DNA of 63,607 bases, the filler included, from Octopus bimaculoides (lineage: Eukaryota): NCBI RefSeq assembly GCF_001194135.2. It is 4 parts of 3 records of this genome, joined end to end, with 100 filler letters (N's around TTAATTAATTAA, not from the genome) between each part and the next. Parts side by side here need not be neighbours in the genome. Positions count along the whole stretch, not along the records: positions 1 to 22,622 come from NC_068986.1; 3 more parts are not named here. The stretch is one strand, 5' to 3'. Shown here piece after piece: positions 1 through 11,681 of the stretch (the first letter of the stretch is position 1; each line of letters begins with the position of its first letter). The notes beneath the pieces were generated by a model. The model had not been told where the DNA came from, did no database searches, and saw nothing but the letters and a program-made list of their open reading frames with translations. Position numbers and translations under genes: made by a program.

Positions 1-71
<71 letters not shown>

Positions 72-76
72 CGTGT
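1..76. repeat. (GT)n microsatellite, one of dozens of AT/GT/CT/tetranucleotide tracts in the window
   Basis: Read directly from the sequence. Confidence 0.97.
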
Positions 77-288
77 GTGTTTGTGTCCGTGTTTGTCCTC
101 CCCCACTGCTTAGCAACTGGTGTTGGTATGTTGGCGTGTTTTCATCCCCGTCACATAGCTGTTCGGCAAAAAGAGAAACAATAGAATAAGTACTGGGGGA
201 GAGGGTCTATGCATTCGACTAAAATTTCTTCAAGGCAGTGCCCCAGCATGACCGCAGTCTAATGACTAAAACAAATAAGAAAAAAAAA
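77..288 (+). mobile_element. SINE family A, 3' module only
   Basis: Matches the 3' half of other copies here (gtttgtcc...atagaataagtact...cagcatg-ccgcagtc-aatgact-aaacaa). Confidence 0.8.
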
Positions 289-611
289 TGATAATCCAAA
301 ACAACATACATGCATTTTCGAAGAAAGATCAACAGAAACTGACACATATTCTTCAGATCCAATCAATTAGCGGCTCAGTGAAAATTTGAGGACGTTTCAA
401 AGATTTTCAATCTGAGTTTCTTTATATGAACGGATGCGCACACCAGGCTGTGGCCATCGACAGTCCAACCAACACAACAACTCAATTACATATCTGCAAA
501 CAACGGAAATACACCTAACTCAAAAATTCTTGTTTTCTTAGCGACCCGTTTGAATTGGACTAAATAAATCTCAAAGAAAAAAGACACATACACACATACG
601 CTCGCACACAT

Positions 612-845
612 AGTGTCTTAGTGATTAGGTCATTGCACTCATGACCGCGAGATTGTGGGTTCGATTCCCGGATCAGGCAGGGTGTTGTTGTCTTCTTGAT
701 CAAAGCATTTCATCTCACGTTGCTCACCTGCGATCACCTCGATACCTGACGTGTGGCAAACAGTGCATCTGTGCTAGCATTGATGGTTTGATGAAGAGAA
801 GATATTAATGTACTGCACAAATATTTGATCACTATGAACAAATCA
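612..845 (+). mobile_element. Decayed tRNA-derived SINE, family C-related
   Basis: A-box-like cttagtgattagg and B-box-like gggttcgattccc, followed by a CORE-like gtcttcttgatcaaagca; similar to 48625-48906(-). Confidence 0.6.
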
Positions 846-944
846 GCAAGAATCGAGAGACTAACATATATATATGGAAAAAAGAGTCAAGGTAGAAAAT
901 GCTAAAATAATTTTTTCTAGCATAGGCTATATATATATATATAT

Positions 945-1804
945 NNNNNNNNNNNNNNNNNNNNNNNNNNNNNNNNNNNNNNNNNNNNNNNNNNNNNNNN
1001 NNNNNNNNNNNNNNNNNNNNNNNNNNNNNNNNNNNNNNNNNNNNNNNNNNNNNNNNNNNNNNNNNNNNNNNNNNNNNNNNNNNNNNNNNNNNNNNNNNNN
1101 NNNNNNNNNNNNNNNNNNNNNNNNNNNNNNNNNNNNNNNNNNNNNNNNNNNNNNNNNNNNNNNNNNNNNNNNNNNNNNNNNNNNNNNNNNNNNNNNNNNN
1201 NNNNNNNNNNNNNNNNNNNNNNNNNNNNNNNNNNNNNNNNNNNNNNNNNNNNNNNNNNNNNNNNNNNNNNNNNNNNNNNNNNNNNNNNNNNNNNNNNNNN
1301 NNNNNNNNNNNNNNNNNNNNNNNNNNNNNNNNNNNNNNNNNNNNNNNNNNNNNNNNNNNNNNNNNNNNNNNNNNNNNNNNNNNNNNNNNNNNNNNNNNNN
1401 NNNNNNNNNNNNNNNNNNNNNNNNNNNNNNNNNNNNNNNNNNNNNNNNNNNNNNNNNNNNNNNNNNNNNNNNNNNNNNNNNNNNNNNNNNNNNNNNNNNN
1501 NNNNNNNNNNNNNNNNNNNNNNNNNNNNNNNNNNNNNNNNNNNNNNNNNNNNNNNNNNNNNNNNNNNNNNNNNNNNNNNNNNNNNNNNNNNNNNNNNNNN
1601 NNNNNNNNNNNNNNNNNNNNNNNNNNNNNNNNNNNNNNNNNNNNNNNNNNNNNNNNNNNNNNNNNNNNNNNNNNNNNNNNNNNNNNNNNNNNNNNNNNNN
1701 NNNNNNNNNNNNNNNNNNNNNNNNNNNNNNNNNNNNNNNNNNNNNNNNNNNNNNNNNNNNNNNNNNNNNNNNNNNNNNNNNNNNNNNNNNNNNNNNNNNN
1801 NNNN
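945..1804. other. Assembly gap (N run). Other large gaps: 9276-9832, 16903-17720, 46484-47113
   Basis: Runs of N, mostly flanked by microsatellites. Confidence 0.99.
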
Positions 1805-1942
1805 AAAAGTTGGAAGTTTCCGAAAATATGTTCATTTATTTCATAAGAAACCGTTTTTATTTTCTGAAATATTGATTTTTAACATAGGCGTCGGTGACAA
1901 ATACATGTTGACATGAATACTTTAGTATTTGATCGTTATGGT

Positions 1943-2098
1943 AAGGCGGCGATCCGGCAGAAACGTTAGCACACCGGGCGAAACGCTTCGCGGTATTTCG
2001 TCTGTCTTTACGTTATGAGTTCAAATTCCGCCGGGGTCGATAAATTAAGTACCAGTTGCGTACTGGTGTCGATCTAATCGACTGGCCCCCTCCCCCAA
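1943..2098 (+). mobile_element. SINE family B, internally deleted
   Basis: aaggcggcgatccggcagaaacgttagcac...gagttcaaattccgcc...aagtaccag; matches other B copies in the window. Confidence 0.85.
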
Positions 2099-2510
2099 CT
2101 AAACGGCATCAGAAAACATTATTCTCGTATGGAGGCTTCTACGTTGGTCGGTTTGTTATCTCTGCTTCACGCTATACTAGTCACTGATGCAAAAATCACT
2201 AATTTTCTCGGTACCTGTTGTTTTCTTTACATAGCAGAAGATGTTTTATTGGACGTCCTCGTAGTTCTGCCAATCCAACAGTTTTGTTTGAATATTGTAT
2301 CAAAATACTTAGCGAATGATTAATATCAAAAACAAACAATTTCATCACAAATGATATGTCGGTAAGGTATGAAGTCTAAATATATTTACGAATTTTGATC
2401 AAACATAGAAATGTTGCATAACAAAACTGCAAAATGAAATCCAAAATAAAACAAAAAAATATTAAAAATTAACTTATAAAAAATATCAAAACACTTAAGA
2501 TCAGTAACCA

Positions 2511-2740
2511 GGCGTGGCTACATGGCTACATGGCTACATGGCTACATGGCTGCATGGCTGTGTGGCTGCATGGCTGTGTGGCTGTGTGGCTGTGTGGTAA
2601 GAAGCTTGCTTCCCAACCACATGGTTCCAGGTTCATTCCCATTGCGTGGTACTTTTGGCAAGTGTCTTCTACTGTAGCCTCGGGCCGACCAAAGCCTTGT
2701 AAGTGGATTTGGTAGACGGAAACTGAAAGAAGCCTGTCGT
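2511..2740 (+). mobile_element. SINE family A head (tRNA-like plus CORE-like) with tandemly amplified A box
   Basis: tggctgtgtggtaagaagcttgcttcccaaccacatggttccaggttcattccc...ggcaagtgtcttc...gacggaaactgaaagaagcc, followed by (AT)n. Confidence 0.9.
2515..2594 (+). repeat. 10 x 8-bp tandem array (TGGCTACA x4, TGGCTGCA x2, TGGCTGTG x4)
   Basis: Counted directly from the sequence. Confidence 0.95.
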
Positions 2741-4677
2741 ATATATATATATATATATATACATACTTTAAAGCTGAGTGTGTGTGTGTGTGTGTGTTGC
2801 ATCTATAGAAATCCACACCTTACAAGATAGCAATCTGGGAGTCGCACAAAAGGATTCCTCATGGAACAACAGCAAGATAGTAATAAAGACTGGACAATTG
2901 GATAAAAAATAACTCGTTTTCTCTAAAATTCAATCGCAAAAGGGCCTTTACTATCTCCAATTGCGAATAACTTTTTTTAGCAACAATCAACAGTGGTTTC
3001 ACATTGTTAAATTGGGTGTTCATTAGAAGGGTAACAATTGGCAGAATCGGTAAAGCGCTTGTGATATTTAGTTACGTCCCTGTCTGTTCTGATATCCCGC
3101 CAAAAGCTACGAACTCCGAACTCGTCCTTGCTGGATCGATACAATAAATACCAGTCAAAAACTGGGTTCGATATATTCTACTATTTTCCCCTTCTTACTA
3201 GAAGAAATAAACTCGTGTCATTGCGCCAAAGTCAGAAATAAGATTTTACCAAAGTGCAAAACTGTAACAGAATGCTGCATACAACAAAAAAGAACTAATA
3301 GAATTACCCGGTTTTGGTTGGGTTTATTCATACGAAACTCAAAGATACAACATTTATTTGTTAAAATTTATTTTTAATTATATAAATTATTTAAATTATT
3401 TGTTAAAACATATAAATTTTAAGAAAAATGAACGGTCGCAAAATACTGACCAATCATTCTAAGTCAAGGGCTTTAACGTTTTTTTAGTTTTCCCACCTAT
3501 TGTATTTGAATAAAGACTTCGAAATTCGAACTTCGAGCTGTCCATGAAAAAGCAGGACTCTTCTAACTGCCGTCCATCTATCTTTTACATCTAGCCTCGA
3601 TATTTGTTAATAATCAAAACTTTTATTATTCATAATTAAGATTTTTGATTTAGGAGACCAACTTTTGTTCATTAAAAAAATCATATTCCTGTTTATAAAA
3701 AAGAAAAAGATTCTTTATAGCAAGTATATATTCGACATTATTAATAAATTTTATTTATTCTTTAATAAAAAAAAACGCTGTTTTACTAAGGAGTTGTCTT
3801 TGAAAAGATGTGCTTCAATGCAAAAATTACAGGTACCTAAGAATAGGTCTTCGCCCTACGATTGGAAACATATACAGAGATATATTCACCATCCACCCAT
3901 CCATCAATCCGTCCGTCCGTCTGTTCGTCCGTCCGTCCGTCCGTCCATCCATCCATCCATCTACATATTCCGTCCACTATTCTTGGGAAGGCTCTGTGGG
4001 GGTGGATCGAGTCCTCAGGCACCTCCTCCGTAGAATCCATCAGAAGCTACTGTCATTAGACTTTTCAGCTGTATTCCCAAGCGTGACCCCCTGCGATTAT
4101 GAATATTATCGAATCATCGATAAGAAGCCTTGCACAAGTTATTTCAGACATGGAATTAGATAGAAGATTGTCATCGTAAATAGAGAATCCTCAATATTTA
4201 AGCTAATATATCATCTCTGCTAGCGAGAAAATGAGAGAAAACTTACAATATTAGGAAAAAAATAAAGTAAAATAAATAAAGAAATGTTTCTCTCTTCAAG
4301 CAAATATAGAAAATTTTTTCTCACCATACATGCAAAAGTATAATATAAACGTCAGTAGTATGCGCAATTTTCAAACAGGAAACAAATAATAATCATTCAT
4401 TCTGTTCGCGATATAGATACCATATTTTTAAATATGCATCATATAATTCTTATGGCTTAATTGCAATTTAAGCCATGGTGACTTGCACAAGGAAACAAAA
4501 ACAGGCGTATACTGGAATACAGTCACTTCGAACATTGTCAAGGACACAATTAATTTGATTTAGCGATGTTGTATAAGAATTATTTCATTTGACAAAGTGA
4601 AGAAAAAAATGTAGGCAAAATTCTTAGAATGTTACGTAAATTTTAATTTCAAAATTATCTTCCTTTCTTTCTTTCTT

Positions 4678-4718
<41 letters not shown>

Positions 4719-4789
4719 TTCCCTGTTTCTTTCCCTGTTTCTCTCTCTCTCTACCTTTCTTCTCCCTGCCGCTCTCTTTCTCTCTCGCA

Positions 4790-5800
4790 TAACCGGCAAG
4801 ATAGTGTTGTGACAAAATACATCGAAGGAAGGCGATAAATCACTTGTCATGGATATTACTCGGATTCATTCACCAACCATTTGGCGCCACATTTCTTTCC
4901 TACCGCACCACCAATGAGAAATGTGTGAACGCTACCATGATCAATTAGCCAGTTTTTAGTGCCTTATCAGAAAGAGAGTAAAGCTATTCTGTTTTCTTAT
5001 TGATGCTGTACGAGTTATATTCCTCCTGAGGTATACCCTTATCTATAATTTCGTTAATTCCTATAGAAAAGAACACAAAAATTACCGCTACATTGTCACT
5101 CGACTCAAATAAAATAGTAACCAAATCGACTTCAATCAAAACCAAATCAACTTCGCAACCTCGTAAAAAAAGGACAATGGTTAATGCGACCTTACATACA
5201 TTGTAGCTAAAAATCAAATAGAACAGGATGGTCACAGAGGGATTACTATTCATCATAGGCCTGCTTGACGAAAGTTGGTGACTAAACGACAACAACAGCA
5301 CCGACAACCTAAAACTCGAAATCTCGTTTACCTAAAATCTCTCTATCTCTGGCTGTAGACCCCGTGGTGCGTTGAGTACCAGTAGGAAAACAGTGGAAAG
5401 ATAGAAGAACCAAGAACCAGTGCCGGTACCAAAATGCTTAGCGCCTCCAGTCAGTCCTACAACATTTCCCTCCTTTTCTCAGCCCTAAAACCTGCCCCGG
5501 TTTTCTCAACCTCCCTCTGTTCGCCCACATGAACAAATTTTTCTGCGAATTCCTTCAGCCATAACTCTCTTTACACAACGTGAAAAATACAGTCGAAAAA
5601 TTATAGTTGCCTCACGCACAAGAAATGTGTAGGATTATTATCGCGTATATCGCTGAGCAAATCTGTTATCAGACAGAACTGTAAATGTTCCACACCTGAT
5701 CATGTGACACGTCATAACACCATACAGCTCTCTCAGCTCAATCACCCCCCTCTACTCCTATCTCGTCCACCCTCCTCTCTTCTGAAAGGGATTTTTCATA
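4790..5800. promoter_or_regulatory. Candidate CpG-retaining promoter / 5' exon region
   Basis: Non-repetitive and visibly CpG-rich. TTGGCGCCA 4881-4889, caCCAATgag 4911, overlapping TCATGTGAC 5700-5708 and ACACGTCAT 5707-5715, minus-strand donor AG|GTAAAC at 5332/5331. No transcript evidence. Confidence 0.35.
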
Positions 5801-7644
5801 TTCTATTACTGAGATTTCGAGTTTTTAATTGAAGTAATACATTTTAAGTTGTTCAGGATTTGTGTGGCACCGTAGATTTTAGTGCTTCCCAACGCTTTTT
5901 AGACTGTGGGTGGGTTTCATGAACCGGGGGATCCCGCGCATAACAAAACACAATATATCATATAATATATAATTTAATTATCAGATATAAAATGCAAAAA
6001 CAACCTGCAGACTGCAGTTGTCAATAACATAGAAATAAAATTTAATGATTTATTCTTACTGAGTAGTCCGGTATAAAAAGATGATCCGTTGTTCGGTGCT
6101 GGTCCACGCTCCTGTAATTAGAAAGCCTTCTGTTGATGATCGCCTTGTCTGCCTTGCGTGTAGCACCGGCCCTGTTGAGAACAGAGCACGATTTCGATTT
6201 TTCATTAGATCCAATATAGAATATAAAAATGGCATGAATATCACACAATTATATTTCTCCTTATCTAAGAATATGAATGACAACTTGCGCCTATGCAATA
6301 AATCAATTTATTGATCTCTTACGATAAATAAATTAATAAATAAAAACATATCTTATTTATTTAAAATAATCCCACTTAGGCAGGGTACTTCATTCTGTTT
6401 ACGGTAATTCCAAACAAATGTTGCGTATTTAGCTGTTTATTTTAACGATTAAATTCATTAAATTCACTAAATAAAATTTTTCTCAATAAAATCCGTTATC
6501 TCAAGCTGTAATAATACTGAATATTTAAAATGACACGAGTAAAATGAAACAGCTTGTGCCAAATAATATTGGCTTTTCATGCACACACACTGACACACGC
6601 GTGCACAACATATGCATATATATACGCACACAACATATGCATATATATNNNNNNNNNNNNNNNNNNNNNNNNNNNNNNNNNNNNNNNNNNNNNNNNNNNN
6701 NNNNNNNNNNNNNNNNNNNNNNNNNNNNNNNNNNNNNNNNNNNNNNNNNNNNNNNNNNNNNNNNNNNNNNNNNNNNNNNNNTATATATACAGACACACAC
6801 GTACGCTAATACACACACATATACATACAACGCATAATGTACAGACAGATACACACATACATTCACGTAATACAAGAAAATACGTGAACATTGAGGAATT
6901 GTAAGCTTTAGGGTTATCTAAGATATTACGCAAATGATTAGCACGTGAATAAATAATGAACTGGAGGCTTTTACAGAAAGCCGTGTTCTCGTACTATCAT
7001 GTCAGCAAACAACGCCATCATCTTCTGCTGATTTGCTTTGACAAGTGTTTGCTTCTATGATCGGAAATATTTCAATATATAACATTGAAAAGATTTAAGT
7101 TTTGCTTTCCCATTAACATTGATAACTTTTGACTTAGCACTGAGGCAATTATACTTGTAGGCGACAGTCGACGAAGGCGAAACAATACAGTCGCTTGTGC
7201 TGTTAGAAATAATAGTCAAAGTTCGTTCATGCTAGAACATCGAGTCTTAAGGAAGATAAGAAAATAACTAAATAATAGACGGGGCAAAATAGTTATGACT
7301 GAAGGAATGCCTTTGACCAAAGGTTGAGCTTGTGTTAAAAAAACAACGTTTAACCGAAAAGCTGAAATGTCTAGGTACTTTCCAAGGAAAACATGGAATA
7401 TCATATCATATCATATCTGTCTGTCTGTCTGTCATTCTATCAAACTTTCTACGACGGGAGCAGGCGAGATGTGTCTGTTAGAGCCAGAATGAATAAAACG
7501 AGTACACTTTGTGTACTTGTCTATTTGCAACGCCTTTGTGTCTATGTAAAACTTAGCTGTGCATCTTCGCTAGAAAATGGATCATCGGCCAGTGAAATCA
7601 TAGAATATATATATTCATTCATCTTAAGATGGTTATACATAACA

Positions 7645-7845
7645 CAGCAAACTGGTAGAATCATTAATATACCGGGCAAAATTCCTAGCGGCATTTCGTC
7701 CATCTTTACGTTTAAATTTCGCTGAAGTCAACTTTACTTATCATTTTGAGGTCGATAAAATAAGTACCAGTTAAGCACTGGGGTTGATATCATCAACTTC
7801 CCCCGAACTTAGTGGCTTTATGCCAAAATTTGAAATCAATATATC
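7645..7845 (+). mobile_element. SINE family B, decayed
   Basis: ccgggcaaaattcctagcggcatttcgtc...gaggtcgataaaataagtaccagttaagcactgggg. Confidence 0.7.
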
Positions 7846-8239
7846 CACATATACACCTCATTTTACTTAACTCGTATTATTTCAAGTCATTTTTAGATAT
7901 CATTATCACCCAAAACGTAATTATTCTATTTCATTGAGTTCTTTACTAAACTTTGCACGAATATTATTGATATATCTACGAAATACTTTATTCCTGTTAC
8001 AAATACACACACAGACATGCACGCATATTGTATAAAAGGAGCAAGAGAAAAACTACTGAAAATATTTGTCGGGTATAATCATATGCTTTTGCCTGATGTT
8101 TTATGTCGTAACTTTAAGTTTCCTATTTATACAATCAATGAAACGGTTTGGTGCTGTATAAAGAAAAAAACTTGCTTTTGACCAACACGGTGTCGGGCAC
8201 TTAATATTTTGATTACTTACACAGAAATCACTTATTTTG

Positions 8240-8648
8240 TCTTTTATCTTACTCGTTTCAGTCATTAGTCTGAGGCCATGCTGGAGCACCCCCTTGAAGA
8301 ATTCCAGTTGGACGAATCGACCCTAGTACTTATTTTTAAAGCTTACTACTTATTCTATCGGTGTCTATTGCAGAACCGCTAAGTTACGGGGTCATAAACA
8401 AACAAAGACTGGTTGTAGTAATTGTGGGGGACAAACGTAGACACAAAGACTCGCGCGCGCGCTCTCACCCACCCACACATAATAGATGCGACGGGCTTCT
8501 TTCAGTTTCCACCTACCGAATCCACTCACAAGGTTTTGGTCGGCCCGAGACTATTATAGAAGATACTTACCCAAGGTGTCACGCAGTGGGATTGAACCCG
8601 GAACCATGCGTCTGGAAAGCAAACCTCTTACCATACAACCACACCTGC
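8240..8648 (-). mobile_element. SINE family A, full length
   Basis: Reverse complement of head, internal simple repeat and tail. Confidence 0.9.
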
Positions 8649-9225
8649 CGCCCATGAGTCGCTTTTAGACATAATACCAGTCTTTCCACAATAACAGACA
8701 CGGACATAGGCACCTATAAAAAGACATGAATATGCATGCACAAACATACACACATACACATTTGTATGCATGCTTGTGTGAGGGAATGGGTTTTCTAATT
8801 TGACATATATGGACGTCACAAGTACATATTTCGGATTTTGTTCGCTGAGAATGCTCTACAACTAAATGGAAAATAGTCGAATTATAACCAATACCTAAGT
8901 GAAGTGAGTAACCGTAAGAATGGATCTCGATGCCCATATACTCTTATGTGTTTATATTGGGAAATTTGCTCGTATTCAATGTTACGGCAACATTCTATGT
9001 TTCTGTTACAACTCGTTTCTTCAGCATACATAGAAAACTCTGCTATAAATTTGAAGTCGGCCAAAAGGTGCTGATTATAAAGCAACCAGAAAGTAGAAGG
9101 TGAAAGACCACTCATGTTTATAGGCAATGCCAACAAGCCTGCCTTAAAAGAATACTGAAAATACCTCCTGAGGGCCTAATAAGCAAAGATATTAAATTAG
9201 AAAATATTACATTATTACATAAATC

Positions 9226-9275
<50 letters not shown>

Positions 9276-9832
9276 NNNNNNNNNNNNNNNNNNNNNNNNN
9301 NNNNNNNNNNNNNNNNNNNNNNNNNNNNNNNNNNNNNNNNNNNNNNNNNNNNNNNNNNNNNNNNNNNNNNNNNNNNNNNNNNNNNNNNNNNNNNNNNNNN
9401 NNNNNNNNNNNNNNNNNNNNNNNNNNNNNNNNNNNNNNNNNNNNNNNNNNNNNNNNNNNNNNNNNNNNNNNNNNNNNNNNNNNNNNNNNNNNNNNNNNNN
9501 NNNNNNNNNNNNNNNNNNNNNNNNNNNNNNNNNNNNNNNNNNNNNNNNNNNNNNNNNNNNNNNNNNNNNNNNNNNNNNNNNNNNNNNNNNNNNNNNNNNN
9601 NNNNNNNNNNNNNNNNNNNNNNNNNNNNNNNNNNNNNNNNNNNNNNNNNNNNNNNNNNNNNNNNNNNNNNNNNNNNNNNNNNNNNNNNNNNNNNNNNNNN
9701 NNNNNNNNNNNNNNNNNNNNNNNNNNNNNNNNNNNNNNNNNNNNNNNNNNNNNNNNNNNNNNNNNNNNNNNNNNNNNNNNNNNNNNNNNNNNNNNNNNNN
9801 NNNNNNNNNNNNNNNNNNNNNNNNNNNNNNNN

Positions 9833-9988
9833 AAAATGCAGGTGGCCCATACTTTTTCGAACATACATACTAGCATACATACGTACACACATACAGCACA
9901 CATGTACACATATATCTATATCAATACATATATGTGTGCTTTTGTATATCTGTGTGTGTATGTGAGAGAGAGAGAGCGAGAGAGAGAA

Positions 9989-10019
<31 letters not shown>

Positions 10020-10114
10020 GTATTGATATAGATATATGTGTACATGTGTGCTGTATGTGTGTACGTATGTATGCTAGTATGTATGTTCGAAAAAGTATGG
10101 GCCACCTGCATTTT
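9833..10114. repeat. Perfect 101-bp inverted repeat (9833-9933 / 10014-10114) at a contig edge; probable assembly artefact
   Basis: Arms are exact reverse complements; the ORF track gives identical peptides on both strands. Confidence 0.9.
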
Positions 10115-11270
10115 TGTCTACCCGGTGAATTTATCATTTACTCTTAACTTGTCCTTGGTGTCATTATGCATGTACGGTAATGTATCATGTCGAATCCTTT
10201 CCGTTCTTCTACCACTGTTGCCTGTGTGTACATATTTATAAACTAGTGATGGCTATCTCTCTTCATGTTTGTGGAGAAAGAACATCTGAGTGCTTACGAG
10301 TTATATCATTTTACGAATATCTTATATATTTATTTTCTCTTTGTTTTCGTGGAGAACAAAGCTAAGAATCCTCATATTTAATGAGCGATCATCTAACCAT
10401 CTCTCATACAAGCAGAAGTGACGTCATTTTACTACGTATGCATGTATCCGTACATATGTGCGAGAATATGTACTTAAAGCACGCACAGGCTATCACACAT
10501 GCAAACTGCTTCTTTTTAATCTCTATTTTTCTCTTTATTTATCAACTCTTCAAGCGGTTTTTTTTTCGGGTAGATGCAGGGAATATATTAGAATATATCA
10601 AAGTGTATGCTAAGTTACGCCCTGATTTAATGGATTTCATGGCATTTTCACTTGTCACGTTTTCCAAAACATATTTACTCATTTATTCAAGGCCGTTTAT
10701 CAAATGTCACTGTGCACTCATCAGTCTTTTAAGACCCTAAATAGTTTAGATATTTCTCTGTCCTCCGTTATAGCACCAGTCAATCATACATTTTTGTTCA
10801 TGGGAAGATTTGAACTTTACTATACAAAGTATAAAAATACTCCTCGGTTCTAAAAACCACATATCCTTGAACAGTCAGTTTCTGCTGTCTCTGATGTAGC
10901 GAAACAGAGTTAGTGAAAATCTATGGCCTTATGGTTTAGGTGTTCGATTCATGATAATAAGATTATAGTTTCAATTCCATTAAGGTAATTCGATCTCTTC
11001 TCTCTTCCCCTTTATATCCCGTTCAATGTCGTCTTTTTATTTGCATGTAAAAAGCGGGGTTCCAGTAGAGTCTTAGCTCTGATATCTAAACCAAACTTAC
11101 GGCTATCAATAGTATCGGAGTGGTGTGTTTGGAGAGTGAAGGTAATGAGCATTCTTCCTGCTAAGTTTGAACAAAAGATAACAGACGACCCAAGTTGACG
11201 AATCGCTAACCTTTCCAACTGTAAGCCAGCGTTCTACTGATGTGGTAAATCATAATCGTAGCGGAATAAA

Positions 11271-11467
11271 ATATTGGTTTCAAATTTTGGCACAATGCCA
11301 TCAAGTTCAGCGCAGCAGGTAATTTACATCGAGCCCATTGCTCAACTGGTAATTATTTTATCGACTCTGAAAAAGTGAAAATGAAAGTCGACCTCGGCGG
11401 AATTTGAACTCGGCTCGTAAAGACAGACGAAATGCCGCTAAGCATTTTACCCGTATGCTGATGATCC
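11271..11467 (-). mobile_element. SINE family B, 5'-truncated
   Basis: aaagtcgacctcggcggaatttgaactc...gacgaaatgccgctaagcattt. Confidence 0.85.
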
Positions 11468-11681
11468 TTTTCTACTCTAGGCACAAGGCCCGAAATTTTG
11501 AGGGAGGGGTCCAGTCGTTTAGATCGACCCCAGTACACAACTGGTATTTATTTGATCGACCTCGAAAGGATGAAAGGCAAAGTCGACCTCGGCGGAATTT
11601 GAACTCAGAAAGTAAAGACAGACGAAATACCGCTAAGCATTTCGCCCGGCGTGCTTAACGTTTCTGCTAGCTCCCCGCCTT
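11468..11681 (-). mobile_element. SINE family B, full length, adjacent to the previous copy
   Basis: Near-consensus copy ending gctagctccccgcctt on the + strand. Confidence 0.9.

Noticed and set aside
2515-2594. Short-unit arrays (also 44051-44335) as CRISPR
   Set aside because: No unique spacers, no cas genes, eukaryotic context.
2587-2645. tRNA-like heads of SINE families A and C as tRNA genes
   Set aside because: A and B boxes are present, but there is no complete cloverleaf or T-run terminator and they continue into SINE bodies.
4035-4135. Minus-strand gaataCAGCTGaaaagtc resembling the hammerhead helix III
   Set aside because: GAAA, UH and the core are all mutated, and there is no helix II.
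4984-5307. 107-aa minus-strand ORF rich in hydrophobic residues
   Set aside because: The composition is explained by the reverse complement of A/C-rich DNA; no recognisable domain.
7160-7195. TCGACGA...GAAAC-aataca-GTC hammerhead-like words
   Set aside because: No helix II, and helix I does not pair.
10419-10426. Palindromic CRE TGACGTCA
   Set aside because: A single 8-mer is expected by chance in 63 kb and has no supporting context.
10700-10735. Minus-strand CTGATGA
   Set aside because: No helix II closed by GAAA downstream.
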